The notes beneath the pieces were generated by a model. That model was not told where the DNA came from. It was given only the letters and a program-made list of their open reading frames with translations, and made no database searches. A stretch of 64,000 nt of DNA from an uncultured Chloroflexia bacterium (GTDB lineage Bacteria > Chloroflexota > Limnocylindria > Limnocylindrales > CSP1-4), in NCBI GenBank assembly GCA_963712745.1, contig CAVQJC010000004.1, positions 32,001 to 96,000 of the forward strand, read 5' to 3'. The position numbers were made by a program, and so were the translations under genes. Positions 28,911-39,211 of this stretch are shown here, piece after piece. Positions within the stretch are counted from its first letter, which is position 1, and each line of letters begins with the position of its first letter.

Positions 28911-30197
28911 GTGAGCGGCACCTCGCACGTCCGCTTCAGCCAGCACACGCTCTCGAACGGCCTGCGCGTCAACATCGCGCCCGACCGCGTGGCGCCGGTG
29001 GTGGCCGTCAACCTTTGGTACGACGTCGGATCCAAGCACGAACAGGCGGGTAAGACCGGCTTCGCTCACCTGTTCGAGCACTTCATGTTCCAGGGCAGCC
29101 GGCACGTGGCCAAGGCCGAGCACCTGGCCATCGTGCAAGGCGCCGGCGGGGTGCTGAACGCGACCACCTACTTCGACCGCACCAACTACTTCGAGACGCT
29201 GCCCAGTCACCAGGTCGAGCTGGGCCTGTGGCTGGAAGCCGACCGCATGGCCACCCTGCTCGATGCCATGTCGCAGGAGAACCTCGACAACCAGCGTGAC
29301 GTGGTCAAGAACGAGAAGCGCCAGTCGTACGACAACCGCCCGTATGGTTCGTTCTACGAGAAGCTGATGGCGGCCGTGTTTCCGCCGGGTCATCCCTATC
29401 ACCACACGCCCATCGGCTCGATGGAAGACCTCGACGCGGCCGGCCTCGCCGACGTGGAGGACTTCTTCCGCACCTACTACGTGCCCAACAACGCTGTGCT
29501 CACGGTGGCCGGCGATGTCGACGAAGCTCCGGTCATCGAGGCGGTCGAGCGCTACTTCGGGCCCATCGAGCCGAACGAGGAGTTGCCGGCGTTCCGGCGG
29601 CCGCCCGACGCGCCTGTCGCGGCGCATCAGGAGGTGGTGCCCGACGATGTGCCGCTCGAGCGGGTACACGTGGGCTACCGCAGTCCGGCCTACGGCACCC
29701 GCGAGTTCGACGCGCTGGAGGTGGCTGCCCAGATCCTGGCAGGCGGTCGGGGTAGCCGCCTGCACAAGCGCCTCGTCCGTGAGGAGCGGGCAGCGCAGGA
29801 CGTGGCCTTCTTCGCCCTGCCGCTGGTGGCTGGCTCGTCCATCGCTGCCGGCTGGGTCACCGCCCGGCCGGAGTCGGACGCGGCGTCCGTGGCGGCCCTG
29901 CTCGACGAGGAGCTGGCACGCATGGCGCATGAGGCGGTCACCGACGACGAACTGGCCCGCGCCCACGCGCTCATCGAGTCGTCGGAGCTCTCAGCTCTCT
30001 CGCGCATGGACGAGATCGCCGACCGACTCTCGATGTACACCACCTACTTCGACCGCCCGGAGCTCGTCAACGAGCAGCTGGGCCGCTACCTCGACGTCGA
30101 CGTCGAGGCCGTGCGCGATGTCTGTGCCCAGGTCTTTGGCAGGGAACGCGCGACCATCACCTACGTGCCCCGCGACACCGCCGAGGCCGCAGCATGA
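28911..30197 (+). CDS. M16 zinc peptidase, catalytic subunit
   Basis: GFAHLFEH (HxxEH), NATT..DRTNY, VVKNEKR, YYVPNNA; start codon uncertain. Confidence 0.92.
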   Translation: MSGTSHVRFSQHTLSNGLRVNIAPDRVAPVVAVNLWYDVGSKHEQAGKTGFAHLFEHFMFQGSRHVAKAEHLAIVQGAGGVLNATTYFDRTNYFETLPSHQVELGLWLEADRMATLLDAMSQENLDNQRDVVKNEKRQSYDNRPYGSFYEKLMAAVFPPGHPYHHTPIGSMEDLDAAGLADVEDFFRTYYVPNNAVLTVAGDVDEAPVIEAVERYFGPIEPNEELPAFRRPPDAPVAAHQEVVPDDVPLERVHVGYRSPAYGTREFDALEVAAQILAGGRGSRLHKRLVREERAAQDVAFFALPLVAGSSIAAGWVTARPESDAASVAALLDEELARMAHEAVTDDELARAHALIESSELSALSRMDEIADRLSMYTTYFDRPELVNEQLGRYLDVDVEAVRDVCAQVFGRERATITYVPRDTAEAAA

Positions 30198-31624
30198 GCG
30201 GCGATCCGCTGGCAGTCCTCGACCGGCGCCCGGGGCCAGGTGAACCACGCGCCTACGACTTCCCTGACTTCGAACGTGACTCGCTGGCCAACGGCCTCAC
30301 CGTCCTGCGAGCCCATGTGCCCGGTCGGCCGCTGCTGCAGGCGCAGTTGATCATCCGCGGTGACGCCGGTGGCGGTGAGACCAGCCAGGATCCCGAGTAC
30401 GCGGGGGCGACCGTGCTGACAGCGCGCGCGATGTCCGAGGGCACGGAGCGGCGAGATGCGGTGGCCTTCATCGAGGCCTCGGAGCGCCTCGGAGCGGAGA
30501 TGGGCGCGGCGGCCGGCTGGGACAGCCTTGCGGTGCACGTCGAGGTGCCACGTTCACACCTGGCTGATGCCATGTCGCTCTTCGCTGAGCTGGCTCTGCA
30601 GCCCAGCTTCCCGGCCCACGAGGTGGAGCGCCTCCGCGATGAGCGACTGAATGACCTTCAGCAGGTCATGGCCGATGCGCGGCGCCGGGCGGAAAAGGCC
30701 TTCCCGGCGGCCATCTACGCGGAGGGGGCGGCCTACGCGCGGCCGCTCGGCGGCGTGGAGGCGACGGTCGCTCCCATCGACCGTGACGTGCTCGCCGCCC
30801 GCCACGCTGCGCTGCTGCGGCCCGACGCCGCCACGCTCATGATCTGCGGGGACATCCAGGACCTCCCGCTCGACGGCATCGTGACGGCGGCTTTCGGCGA
30901 TTGGAGCGTCGCCCACGATCTCGGCGTGACGCTCCCGGATGCCCCCGACGAGGCGGCAGTAGGACGTCGTGTCGTGCTGGTCGACCGACCCGGGGCGCCG
31001 CAGTCGGAGATCCGCGTGGGTCACGTTGGCACCAAGCGGCGGATCGAGGACTTCCACGCCTTGGCGGTGGCCAACGCCCTGCTGGGCGGGCTCTTCAACT
31101 CCCGGCTCAACATGCTGCTGCGCGAGGAGCACGGCTATACCTACGGGGTGCAATCGAGCTTCGACATGCGTCGGGCAGCGGGGCCGTTCGCGGTGCGATG
31201 CGCGGTCGAGTCAGCGGTCACCGCTCCGTCGGTGGCGGACATCCTGGCCGAGCTCGAACGGATCCGTGAGGCACCGGTCGAGCAGGCGGAACTCGATGCT
31301 GCCCGCGACTACCTCATCGGCGTGTTCCCGCTGCGGTTCGAGACTTCGGCCCAGGTCGCCGGCGCTCTGGCCGGCCTGGTCGTCCAGGGGCTACCCGACG
31401 ACGAGCTCGACCGCTACCGGCCCAGCATCGCGGCCGTGACGGCCGAGGACGTGCAGGCGGCCGCACGAGCGCATATCGACCCCGATTCCGCTTCCATCGT
31501 GGTGGTCGGTGACGTCTCGGTCTTCGAGCCGGCTCTGCGCGAGGCCGGCTACGGCGACATCGAGGTCGTCCGCGACGAGGGGTTCAGCGATGGGGGAGGG
31601 AGCGCCGGGGACAGCGCACGATGA
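30194..31624 (+). CDS. M16 peptidase, non-catalytic partner subunit
   Basis: LANGL, no HxxEH, SRLNMLLREEHGYTY (R/Y pair); ATGA overlap. Confidence 0.9.
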   Translation: MSGDPLAVLDRRPGPGEPRAYDFPDFERDSLANGLTVLRAHVPGRPLLQAQLIIRGDAGGGETSQDPEYAGATVLTARAMSEGTERRDAVAFIEASERLGAEMGAAAGWDSLAVHVEVPRSHLADAMSLFAELALQPSFPAHEVERLRDERLNDLQQVMADARRRAEKAFPAAIYAEGAAYARPLGGVEATVAPIDRDVLAARHAALLRPDAATLMICGDIQDLPLDGIVTAAFGDWSVAHDLGVTLPDAPDEAAVGRRVVLVDRPGAPQSEIRVGHVGTKRRIEDFHALAVANALLGGLFNSRLNMLLREEHGYTYGVQSSFDMRRAAGPFAVRCAVESAVTAPSVADILAELERIREAPVEQAELDAARDYLIGVFPLRFETSAQVAGALAGLVVQGLPDDELDRYRPSIAAVTAEDVQAAARAHIDPDSASIVVVGDVSVFEPALREAGYGDIEVVRDEGFSDGGGSAGDSAR

Positions 31625-32265
31625 TCGTCGTGCTGGGTCGACCGCGGGTCTACCGACCCGAGCCCGACGGTCAGCTTGCCCCCGGCGGGCTGGCCGTGGA
31701 GCTCGCTCTCGCGGCCGCACGCGCCGGGGTCGCTGTCGAGCTCGTCGGCGCCATCGGCGACGATCCCGAGGGGGACCGCATCGTGGTCGAGCTTGGGCGC
31801 GCCGGCGTGGGCCATGCTGCCCTGCTGCGAGACCCGGCCACGCGCACGCCCATGGTGGGACAGTCTCCCGGCGATCGCCCGCTGCCGCGCCTGGAGGCGG
31901 CCGACGTAGAGTTGGGCATGCGCTACCTGCCCGAGTGCCGGGTCCTGATCATCGGGGCCGAGCTCGATCCCGAGGCCCTCCGCATGGCGCTCGAGGCGGC
32001 TGAGTTCCACGCCGCGGCAGTGGTGATGGTGGCCGCGGCCGGCTTGGTCGATGCCGAGTCCCTGGGCCCGGAGGTGACCCTCCTCGAACGCCCTGCCACC
32101 GAAGATGCCGACGCCGTCGAGGATGCTGTCGTGGTTGCCGCGGACGATGCCGAGTTCGCTGGTTTCGTGGCTGAATACGCGATCCGGCTTGACCGGGGCG
32201 AGAGCCCGGCTTCCGCCTTCTCTGCAGCGCTGGGCGACAGCGCCTGGGAGCCCTCGCTTGAGTGA
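31621..32265 (+). CDS. PfkB/ribokinase-fold protein, degenerate
   Basis: PGG..LAAARAG..VELVGAIGDDPEGD..L..AGV; GAGD motif absent. Confidence 0.6.
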   Translation: MIVVLGRPRVYRPEPDGQLAPGGLAVELALAAARAGVAVELVGAIGDDPEGDRIVVELGRAGVGHAALLRDPATRTPMVGQSPGDRPLPRLEAADVELGMRYLPECRVLIIGAELDPEALRMALEAAEFHAAAVVMVAAAGLVDAESLGPEVTLLERPATEDADAVEDAVVVAADDAEFAGFVAEYAIRLDRGESPASAFSAALGDSAWEPSLE

Positions 32266-33454
32266 CGCCTGGCTCGCCGGTCGCGGCGATGTCGCGCTCG
32301 CGCCGGAGACGGATGAACCGATCCTCGTCTGGAGCGAGGAGCTCTGCCACTACGACTTCGGACCGGGCCACCCGCTCACGCCGAAACGGTTCGGACCTGG
32401 CGTCGATCTGGTGCGAGAGATGGGAGCGCAGCGGATGCTGGAGCCGGTGGAGGCCTCCGACGAGGCCCTGGAGCGGCTGCACGCGCGCCACTACATCGAG
32501 CAGGTGCGCTCGTTCTCCGACCACCCCTGGCAGCCAGCCGCGATGGGGGTGGGCACCGGGGACGTCCCTGCTTTCCACGGCATGCACGAAGTCTCCGCGC
32601 TCATCGCCGGCGGGTCCATCAGCGGAGTGGAGCGCATCCTCGCGGGCGAGGCGCAGCACGTATTCTCCCCGGCCGGTGGCCTTCACCATGCCATGCGCAC
32701 CCGAGCGGCCGGCTTCTGCATCTATAACGATGTGGCGCTGGCCGTGGCAGCCGCGCGAGATGCGGGCCACCGGGTCCTCTACATCGACCTCGACGTGCAC
32801 CACGGCGACGGTACCCAGGCGCTGTTCTGGGACGATCCCCAGGTATTGACGTTCTCGGTCCACGAGTCGGGCCGGTCGCTCTTCCCCGGTAGCGGGATGC
32901 TCGCCGAGATGGGCGAAGGCAAAGGCAAGGGCTTCGCCGTCAATGCCCCGCTCGATCACGGTGTCGGCGACGAGTCCTGGTGGGCCGTGGTGGACTTCAT
33001 GCTGCCGGTGCTGGCGGACATGTTCAAGCCGTCGTTCATCGTCTCGCAACACGGCTGCGACACGCACGTGCTGGACCCGCTTGCTCACCTGCGCCTGTCG
33101 ACCGCCTCCTACGTGCGCGCCTGCGCGCTGGTCGATGGGCTCGCTCACGAGCACGCGGAAGGTCGCTGGTTCGCCACGGGCGGTGGCGGCTACGACATCT
33201 TCAGCGTGGTGCCGCGCTCGTGGGCCCTGGTGTGGCTGGCACAGGCGCACCGGCCGGTCCCGGCCCACACGCCGGAGGTCTGGCGTGAGCGCTGGGCAGC
33301 GGCCGCGGAGGCCTTCGGCCAGGGGCCGCCCCCGGTCGAGATGGTGGATCCGCCGCGCACGGTGGCGCCTGATCCCGACATCATCGTCTCGCGCAACCTC
33401 ACGCGCGCGCGTGAGTCCCTCCTGCAGTCCTTGCGGCTGCAGACCAAATGCTAA
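32258..33454 (+). CDS. acuC: AcuC / class I Zn-dependent deacetylase
   Basis: GHPL, GGLHHA, GFCIYND, DLDVHHGDG, QHGCD, GGGGY; TTG start inferred. Confidence 0.9.
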   Translation: MSDAWLAGRGDVALAPETDEPILVWSEELCHYDFGPGHPLTPKRFGPGVDLVREMGAQRMLEPVEASDEALERLHARHYIEQVRSFSDHPWQPAAMGVGTGDVPAFHGMHEVSALIAGGSISGVERILAGEAQHVFSPAGGLHHAMRTRAAGFCIYNDVALAVAAARDAGHRVLYIDLDVHHGDGTQALFWDDPQVLTFSVHESGRSLFPGSGMLAEMGEGKGKGFAVNAPLDHGVGDESWWAVVDFMLPVLADMFKPSFIVSQHGCDTHVLDPLAHLRLSTASYVRACALVDGLAHEHAEGRWFATGGGGYDIFSVVPRSWALVWLAQAHRPVPAHTPEVWRERWAAAAEAFGQGPPPVEMVDPPRTVAPDPDIIVSRNLTRARESLLQSLRLQTKC

Positions 33455-34317
33455 GGAGCCGGCCGCCGCTGCATGCGGTCGGGCGCATCGGACGTGGGCA
33501 CGCTGATGATGCCTGCATCCTCGAACGAGCCATCGCCGGTGAACCCCAGGAGCGTCAGTTCCTGCACCGCGCCGTCCGGCATCTGGGGGTTGCCCACGGC
33601 GTTGGTGTCGATGCCCAGCGAGCGACCGTCGTGGTGGAACGTGGGGCCGTGCCACTGCGGCGTGTGACCGAAGACCACGCGCTCGATGCCCGCGGCGCGG
33701 TAGGCCTCGAACTCTCTGCCACCCCAGGGCGTGTCGAAGAAGCCTGAACGGATCCACAGGTGCTCCTCGGTGCGGAGGCCGAGATCGTCAAGGCCATGGC
33801 CCGGCGCCAGCCCCCCGTGGACGAAGAGGACATCACGCCAGCGCACCGCCTGTGGCAGCGAGTCGAACCATTCGAACAGGCCGGGGGCGCAGGTCTCCAT
33901 GGCGGCGACAACGAGTCCCGGGTCGGTCGCGTCCTGGCCCACGCAGCCGTAGGACTCGACGGTCGCCTCGCCGCCGTATTCGAGCCAGGTCTCCAGCCAC
34001 TCATGCTCGCCACGCCGCACCATCAACGGCATCACTTCGTGGTTGCCGCGCGCGAGCAAGGCTGCACCGCTAGCCGCGGCGGCCTCTGCCTGGAGTCGCC
34101 GGAGCAGCGCCACCATGCCGCTGATGTCGCCACCCCGGTCGATGTAGTCGCCACAGCCGACCAGCGCCGTTCGCGGGGGTGCGCTCCAGTGAGTATCTTC
34201 ATCGACGACGCCCGCTTCCTGCAGCGCGCCTATCAGGCCCGACGTGACCCCGTGGGAGTCCGAGAAGGCCCACACGGTCCAGTCGTCGGGGAGATGGGGG
34301 AGGCGGGGATCAAACAT
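33451..34317 (-). CDS. Metallophosphoesterase (PPP/ApaH-like)
   Basis: SDSHG, GDYIDRG, RGNHE, FVHGG, FGHTP. Confidence 0.92.
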   Translation of the reverse strand: MFDPRLPHLPDDWTVWAFSDSHGVTSGLIGALQEAGVVDEDTHWSAPPRTALVGCGDYIDRGGDISGMVALLRRLQAEAAAASGAALLARGNHEVMPLMVRRGEHEWLETWLEYGGEATVESYGCVGQDATDPGLVVAAMETCAPGLFEWFDSLPQAVRWRDVLFVHGGLAPGHGLDDLGLRTEEHLWIRSGFFDTPWGGREFEAYRAAGIERVVFGHTPQWHGPTFHHDGRSLGIDTNAVGNPQMPDGAVQELTLLGFTGDGSFEDAGIISVPTSDAPDRMQRRPAP

Positions 34318-34339
34318 CGCCTGTGAGTATCGGGCACAG

Positions 34340-34371
34340 GGAAGGGCCCCGCCTCGAGGCGGGGCCCTTCC
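34340..34371. terminator. Perfect 32-nt palindrome ending the leftward ABC operon
   Basis: GGAAGGGCCCCGCCTCGAGGCGGGGCCCTTCC. Confidence 0.7.
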
Positions 34372-34405
34372 TCAGACTTCAAGCGTCCAAGCGCTCGTCA
34401 GCCTG

Positions 34406-35758
34406 TTACCAGGTGCAGACACCATCGTCGTCGCACTCGGCTTCGGACTTGGCTATATCGAGGATCTCGAGGCCCTGCTGGGGATCGAGGTACACGATGT
34501 CACCCTTCGTCCCATCGTCGTTGAAGGGGGTGTACGCCGGGGTCACGGCGTTGACGCCGGTCTCGGTGTAGGTGGCGGGTCCGGTCGCGCCTTCGTAGTT
34601 GATCTCCTTGCCCTCGCGCAGGAGGGCCAGGCAGTCGGCGTACAGGTAGCAGGCCTCGCCAGACTCGTCACCGACCGCGTACATGGCCGGCACCCAGTCA
34701 CTAACGTTGTACGATCCGGCCTGCTCGATGGCCAGAGCCGTATGGACCAGGAGGTCGTAGCCCGAGAACGCGTACGGGGTCGTCGCATCGTAAGGCGGGC
34801 ACTCGGCCACGCCCTCGGTGCAACCCTCCTGCGAGTTCCAAAGCTCCTCGTAGAACTGCCAGCCCGGCGAATCGAAATTGGGCGCGAAGGCGGCGAAGCC
34901 GATGGCCTCCTGCGTGGGGATCGGATCAGTCCCGAGTGAGCCGATGAACTCGGCCTCGCTCCAGCCGGTCTCACCGATCCAGTTGAGCGCCAGGCCGGCC
35001 TCCGCCGCCGCCTTGATCAGGTTGGCGGATTCCACCGATCCCGCCTGGACGAGGACGGCGTCCGGCTCCAGGTCGAAGATCTTCTGGGCCTCGGCCCGGT
35101 ACGACGCCTGCTCGGCCGGGGCGTCGATCCGCTCCAACACGTTCAGGCCGAGGGCCTCCGCAGCCTTCTCCTCCGCGTTCGCCGCCAGCTGGAAGCCCTC
35201 CACCTCGGTGGCAAAGATCACGACGTCCTCGGCGCCGATCGAGTCGGCGTACAGAGCCCCGGCGACGCCGAGCATGTCGTCGACACCCTGGGCTCGGAAG
35301 AGCGGCTCTTCGACGCTTCCGCCGAGGTTGCCCGGGATGGCCCCGCCGTGGATGGTCGGCGCGAGCGGCGCGTCGTTCTCTGCCCACTGCTCGAGCATGT
35401 AGTCACGGTAGTTGCGGTACTGGTGGGCCATGCTCACGATGATCTCGGCACCGTGCTTCTCGATGCACGTCCTCGCCGCCTGACCTTCCATGTCGTCCCC
35501 GATGTCCTCGGAGATGAGCACCCAGGGGCGACCCAGCGGCGGGTCGGTGTTGATGACTTCGTCGATGACGAAGCGCACATCGTTGGTCAGGCTGGGCCCG
35601 TACGACGCGAAGCTTCCGGTGTAATAGGCGAGCTCGCAGACTTCGATCGGATCAGCTTCCTCCTGCGCCGCGACGCCCACGCTGAGCGACGTGGCGAGGA
35701 GGGTCGCTCCGGCGATCGACGCCGCGAGGCGGCCTGCTTGCTTAGTCCTGGAGTTCAT
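34406..35758 (-). CDS. HAAT/Liv-type ABC substrate-binding protein
   Basis: Signal peptide ending AAQ; YTGSFASYG, ASYRAE, INYEGATG; GGAGG RBS. Confidence 0.85.
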   Translation of the reverse strand: MNSRTKQAGRLAASIAGATLLATSLSVGVAAQEEADPIEVCELAYYTGSFASYGPSLTNDVRFVIDEVINTDPPLGRPWVLISEDIGDDMEGQAARTCIEKHGAEIIVSMAHQYRNYRDYMLEQWAENDAPLAPTIHGGAIPGNLGGSVEEPLFRAQGVDDMLGVAGALYADSIGAEDVVIFATEVEGFQLAANAEEKAAEALGLNVLERIDAPAEQASYRAEAQKIFDLEPDAVLVQAGSVESANLIKAAAEAGLALNWIGETGWSEAEFIGSLGTDPIPTQEAIGFAAFAPNFDSPGWQFYEELWNSQEGCTEGVAECPPYDATTPYAFSGYDLLVHTALAIEQAGSYNVSDWVPAMYAVGDESGEACYLYADCLALLREGKEINYEGATGPATYTETGVNAVTPAYTPFNDDGTKGDIVYLDPQQGLEILDIAKSEAECDDDGVCTW

Positions 35759-35803
35759 GAACGTTATCCTCCTGCTGTGGCCTGGACCGAGGTCATGCGC
35801 GTA

Positions 35804-36520
35804 TCAGATCCGGTAGCCCTCCTTTAGCTGCTGTGTCGTGATGTCTGCGGCGTCTACGACCGCGGTGGATTCTCCAAGATTGAGGACCATGACCCGGTCG
35901 GCTACCTGCAAGGCCTTGGTGGCGTTCTGCTCAGCGAGCACGATCGCGACCCCACGAGAATCGTGCATCTCACGGATCTTGTCCATGAACAGATCGACGT
36001 ACAGGGGCGAGAGGCCCGCCGTCGGCTCGTCGAGGAGCATCACCTTGGGGTCCTGCATCAGGGCACGCCCACAGGCGACCATGCGCGACTCGCCGCCACT
36101 CAGGGTCCCCGCCGACTGCTTGAGCTTGGTCTTGAGATCGGGGAAGAGCTCGAGCACCTCGTCCGTGCGTTCGTCCTGCGAGCGTGTGCCGATCATGGCC
36201 CCCACCTGCAGGTTCTCGAGCACGCTCAGCTCCGGGAAGACGCCCTGCTCCTGGGGGACGTAGGCGATGCCTCGGGCCGCGGTCTCGAACGCGGGGACGT
36301 TCGAGACGTCCTGGCCCAGGAACCGGATCGAGCCGCCCATGAGCGGGATGAGGCGAGCAAGGGTGGCGAGCAGCGTGGTCTTCCCGGCTCCGTTGGCGCC
36401 GAGCACGGTGAAGACCTCGTGGCTGACCTGGAACTCGAGTCCCTTGAGCACTGTCACACCGTGGTAGCCGCTGCGCAGGTCAGCGACCTCGATGAGAGGC
36501 TGCGTAGTGGGATCAGACAT
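35804..36520 (-). CDS. LivF-like ABC ATPase
   Basis: GANGAGKTT, YVPQ..VFPELSVLENL, LSGGE, LLDEPTAGL, EQNA. Confidence 0.92.
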   Translation of the reverse strand: MSDPTTQPLIEVADLRSGYHGVTVLKGLEFQVSHEVFTVLGANGAGKTTLLATLARLIPLMGGSIRFLGQDVSNVPAFETAARGIAYVPQEQGVFPELSVLENLQVGAMIGTRSQDERTDEVLELFPDLKTKLKQSAGTLSGGESRMVACGRALMQDPKVMLLDEPTAGLSPLYVDLFMDKIREMHDSRGVAIVLAEQNATKALQVADRVMVLNLGESTAVVDAADITTQQLKEGYRI

Positions 36521-37310
36521 GACCCTCTCCCAGGTACTTCTCCACCACCGTGCGATGCTCACGGATCGACTCGGGAGGGCCATCCAGGACGACCTTGCCC
36601 TCGGCCATGAAGTGGACCTTGTCGCACACGCTCCAGATGACGTTGAGGTCGTGTTCGACGATGACCACAGAGGTGCCCTCGGCCGCCAGCCCACGCATCT
36701 CGTCCATGACCTTCTCGGTCAGATCTTCCGGCAATCCCGCGGTCGGTTCGTCCATGAGCAGGAACGTGGGCTTGAGCAGCAGGCAGCGCACGATGTCGAG
36801 CAGCTTCTTCTCGCCTGCCGACAGGGCGTACGTGGTGGGGTCGTCGAAGCCGAAGAGGTCGAGGTAGTAGCGCATCTCCTCCTCGTGCGCTTTGAAGACC
36901 GTCTTCTCCGACAGGATGCGGTAGGGCTGTTCGAAGCTCGACTCGGTCACCGAGAGCAGCAGCGAGTCCCAGATGGTCAGCTTGTCGAAGTCCATGATGA
37001 CCTGGTTGGACTTGACCACGCCATGGTGCGCGATCCGCTGGGCGGGCTGCGATGAGAGCACGACCTGATCTCCGCTCGGGAGGCTGAGCGTGACGCTCCC
37101 CCGGTCGAGGGGGATCGAGTGCATGACCATGCGCATCAGCGTGGTCTTGCCGGCACCGTTGGGCCCGATGAGGCCTTCGATCGGCTGCTCGCCCAGGGTC
37201 AGATCATCGACGTCCACGACTACACGCCCGGAGTAGGACTTGGCTGCGTTCTTCACGTGGATGCGCGGACGCGTGACGGCGGCGGGGGTGGCGACGGCGT
37301 CACTTGCCAT
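36513..37310 (-). CDS. LivG-like ABC ATPase
   Basis: GLIGPNGAGKTT, LSAGE, LLMDEPTAG, VEHD, VEKYLG. Confidence 0.9.
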   Translation of the reverse strand: MASDAVATPAAVTRPRIHVKNAAKSYSGRVVVDVDDLTLGEQPIEGLIGPNGAGKTTLMRMVMHSIPLDRGSVTLSLPSGDQVVLSSQPAQRIAHHGVVKSNQVIMDFDKLTIWDSLLLSVTESSFEQPYRILSEKTVFKAHEEEMRYYLDLFGFDDPTTYALSAGEKKLLDIVRCLLLKPTFLLMDEPTAGLPEDLTEKVMDEMRGLAAEGTSVVIVEHDLNVIWSVCDKVHFMAEGKVVLDGPPESIREHRTVVEKYLGEGHV

Positions 37311-38247
37311 GGAGCTTCCTCATGAGCTTGTCTCGACGCATGTCGCCGAGGACGCCGAGCGGCCGGAAGACCAGGACCACGATGAGGGCCGCACCAAAGA
37401 TCGCCTCCCGCATGACCGGGATGGTCTGCGTGTACCACTCCCGGGGCAGCGGCAGATACGACTGGACCAGGATGTCGAAGAGCCCCACGGTCAGGACGAC
37501 GCCGACCACGGCACCCCAGACGCGCGCGCTCCCGCCCAGCACGAGCCCGACCATCGCTGCCAGGGTCACGCCCACGCCGATCTGACCGACGTCGAGGAAG
37601 CGCAGTTGGACGCCCGCCAGCGCCCCGAGCAGCCCCATCGCGCCCGAGGTGACCGCGAACAGGCCGACCTTGGCGCGGAACGTGGACTTGCCCAGGCTTC
37701 TCGCCAGCGGCTCGTTGGAGCCCATGCCGATGAGCAGTCGGCCGTAGGGCGATCGATGGACCTGTCTGGCGAACAGGAAGATGACGACCACGACCGCAGT
37801 GACCACGAGCAGCCAGGCGAATTCGTCCTCCTTGACCTTGCCCACGTCGAACGGGATACGAAGCCCGCCCAGGCCGCGAGATCCGCCGGTCCACTGGTCC
37901 TCGGTGGTCGCCAGGATCTGGACGGCGGCCGCGAAGCCGAGCGTGGTCACGAGCACGCCGTCGGTGTCCTGGTCAGAGATGAACCAGCCCACGATGACAC
38001 CGGCGATGGCGGTGACGACGGTGGCGATGGCGGTGCACACGAGGAACTGCCAGGGGTCGCCGAAGGGCCAGTCGACCTGGACGTAGAGCACGCCGAACAC
38101 GAACATGCCCAGGCCCCAGAAGCCGACCACGCCGAAGTTGGCGATACGGGTCAGGCCCAGCTGTAGGTGCAGCAGCAACGCCAGGCCGGTGACCATGACG
38201 ACCTGGAAGAGGCCGGTGATCAGGAAGGAGTCGAGCCAGTCGAGCAC
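37300..38247 (-). CDS. LivM-like permease
   Basis: LGLTRIANFG, WTGGSRG, SPYGR, VLGG, FRPLGVLG. Confidence 0.88.
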   Translation of the reverse strand: MLDWLDSFLITGLFQVVMVTGLALLLHLQLGLTRIANFGVVGFWGLGMFVFGVLYVQVDWPFGDPWQFLVCTAIATVVTAIAGVIVGWFISDQDTDGVLVTTLGFAAAVQILATTEDQWTGGSRGLGGLRIPFDVGKVKEDEFAWLLVVTAVVVVIFLFARQVHRSPYGRLLIGMGSNEPLARSLGKSTFRAKVGLFAVTSGAMGLLGALAGVQLRFLDVGQIGVGVTLAAMVGLVLGGSARVWGAVVGVVLTVGLFDILVQSYLPLPREWYTQTIPVMREAIFGAALIVVLVFRPLGVLGDMRRDKLMRKLHGK

Positions 38248-38251
38248 GGCG

Positions 38252-39124
38252 CTACACCTTTACCGTCTCAGCCAGCTTGTGGCCCCGCCACTTGAGCAGG
38301 AGGATGAAGCCGACGATCAACACCAGGTGTGAATAGAGGATGTGTTCGAACGTGAGCGCCATGGCCGTAAGTGCGATGCCAGTGGCGAGGCCCACGGCGA
38401 TGACACCTCCAAGGCCCCACGCACCGCCGACGAGGACCACCAGCAGGATGAACAGGAACTGCTGCCAGCCGAGCAGCGGAGCCACTGACGAGCTGACGCC
38501 GTAGAACGCACCCGCCAGGCCGGCGGCGACGCCGGCCACGAACCAGATGATCATCGTGACCGTCAGGGGCCGGATGCCGCTCACCTGGGCCAGGTTCTCA
38601 TCGGCAGCGAGCGCACGTGCCTGCAGCCCGTATTTCGAGCGCCGGATGAAGAGATAGATCAGCAGCGCCAGGATGATGACGGTCACCAGTGCTACGAGTC
38701 TGAACGATGAGATGCCGACGTCGAGGATGTAGATGGTGTCGGCCGGCGGGACGTCGAAGAAGCGCCGCGGGTAGCCGAAGATGAACTGGAGCCCGTGGCG
38801 CAGGAAGATGGAGAGGCCGAAGGAGATGATGATCATCTCGAGCGCGCCCACCCCGCGCTGCTTGGCCGGGCGGAAGATGAGCAGGTAGGTGGCGACCGAT
38901 AGGATGCCGCTGAGGATGGCGGTGGGGATGAGGACGGCGAAGAAGTCGAGCTCGAAGGTCGTGTTGAGCCACATCCCGAAGTACGCGCCGAGCGTGATCG
39001 TCTCCGAGTAGGCCACGTTGATGAGGCCGGTCAGGCGATAGATCAGCGCGAAGCCGATGGCCGCCAGCACGAGCGGAGCATGCTCGGTGAGGCCGATGAC
39101 GACCGACTGCGCGATGAAGTCCAT
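38252..39124 (-). CDS. LivH-like permease
   Basis: LAAIGFALIY..GLINVAY, KYGLQARA..LAQVSGI, VLVGG. Confidence 0.88.
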   Translation of the reverse strand: MDFIAQSVVIGLTEHAPLVLAAIGFALIYRLTGLINVAYSETITLGAYFGMWLNTTFELDFFAVLIPTAILSGILSVATYLLIFRPAKQRGVGALEMIIISFGLSIFLRHGLQFIFGYPRRFFDVPPADTIYILDVGISSFRLVALVTVIILALLIYLFIRRSKYGLQARALAADENLAQVSGIRPLTVTMIIWFVAGVAAGLAGAFYGVSSSVAPLLGWQQFLFILLVVLVGGAWGLGGVIAVGLATGIALTAMALTFEHILYSHLVLIVGFILLLKWRGHKLAETVKV

Positions 39125-39211
39125 CAGCGCTCAGCCCGCTCGCACGCGGTCGATACCGGCCGGAGGTCGCGTGTCTCGTATCGCACCATCTCGGTCACTC
39201 GGTCATCGACC

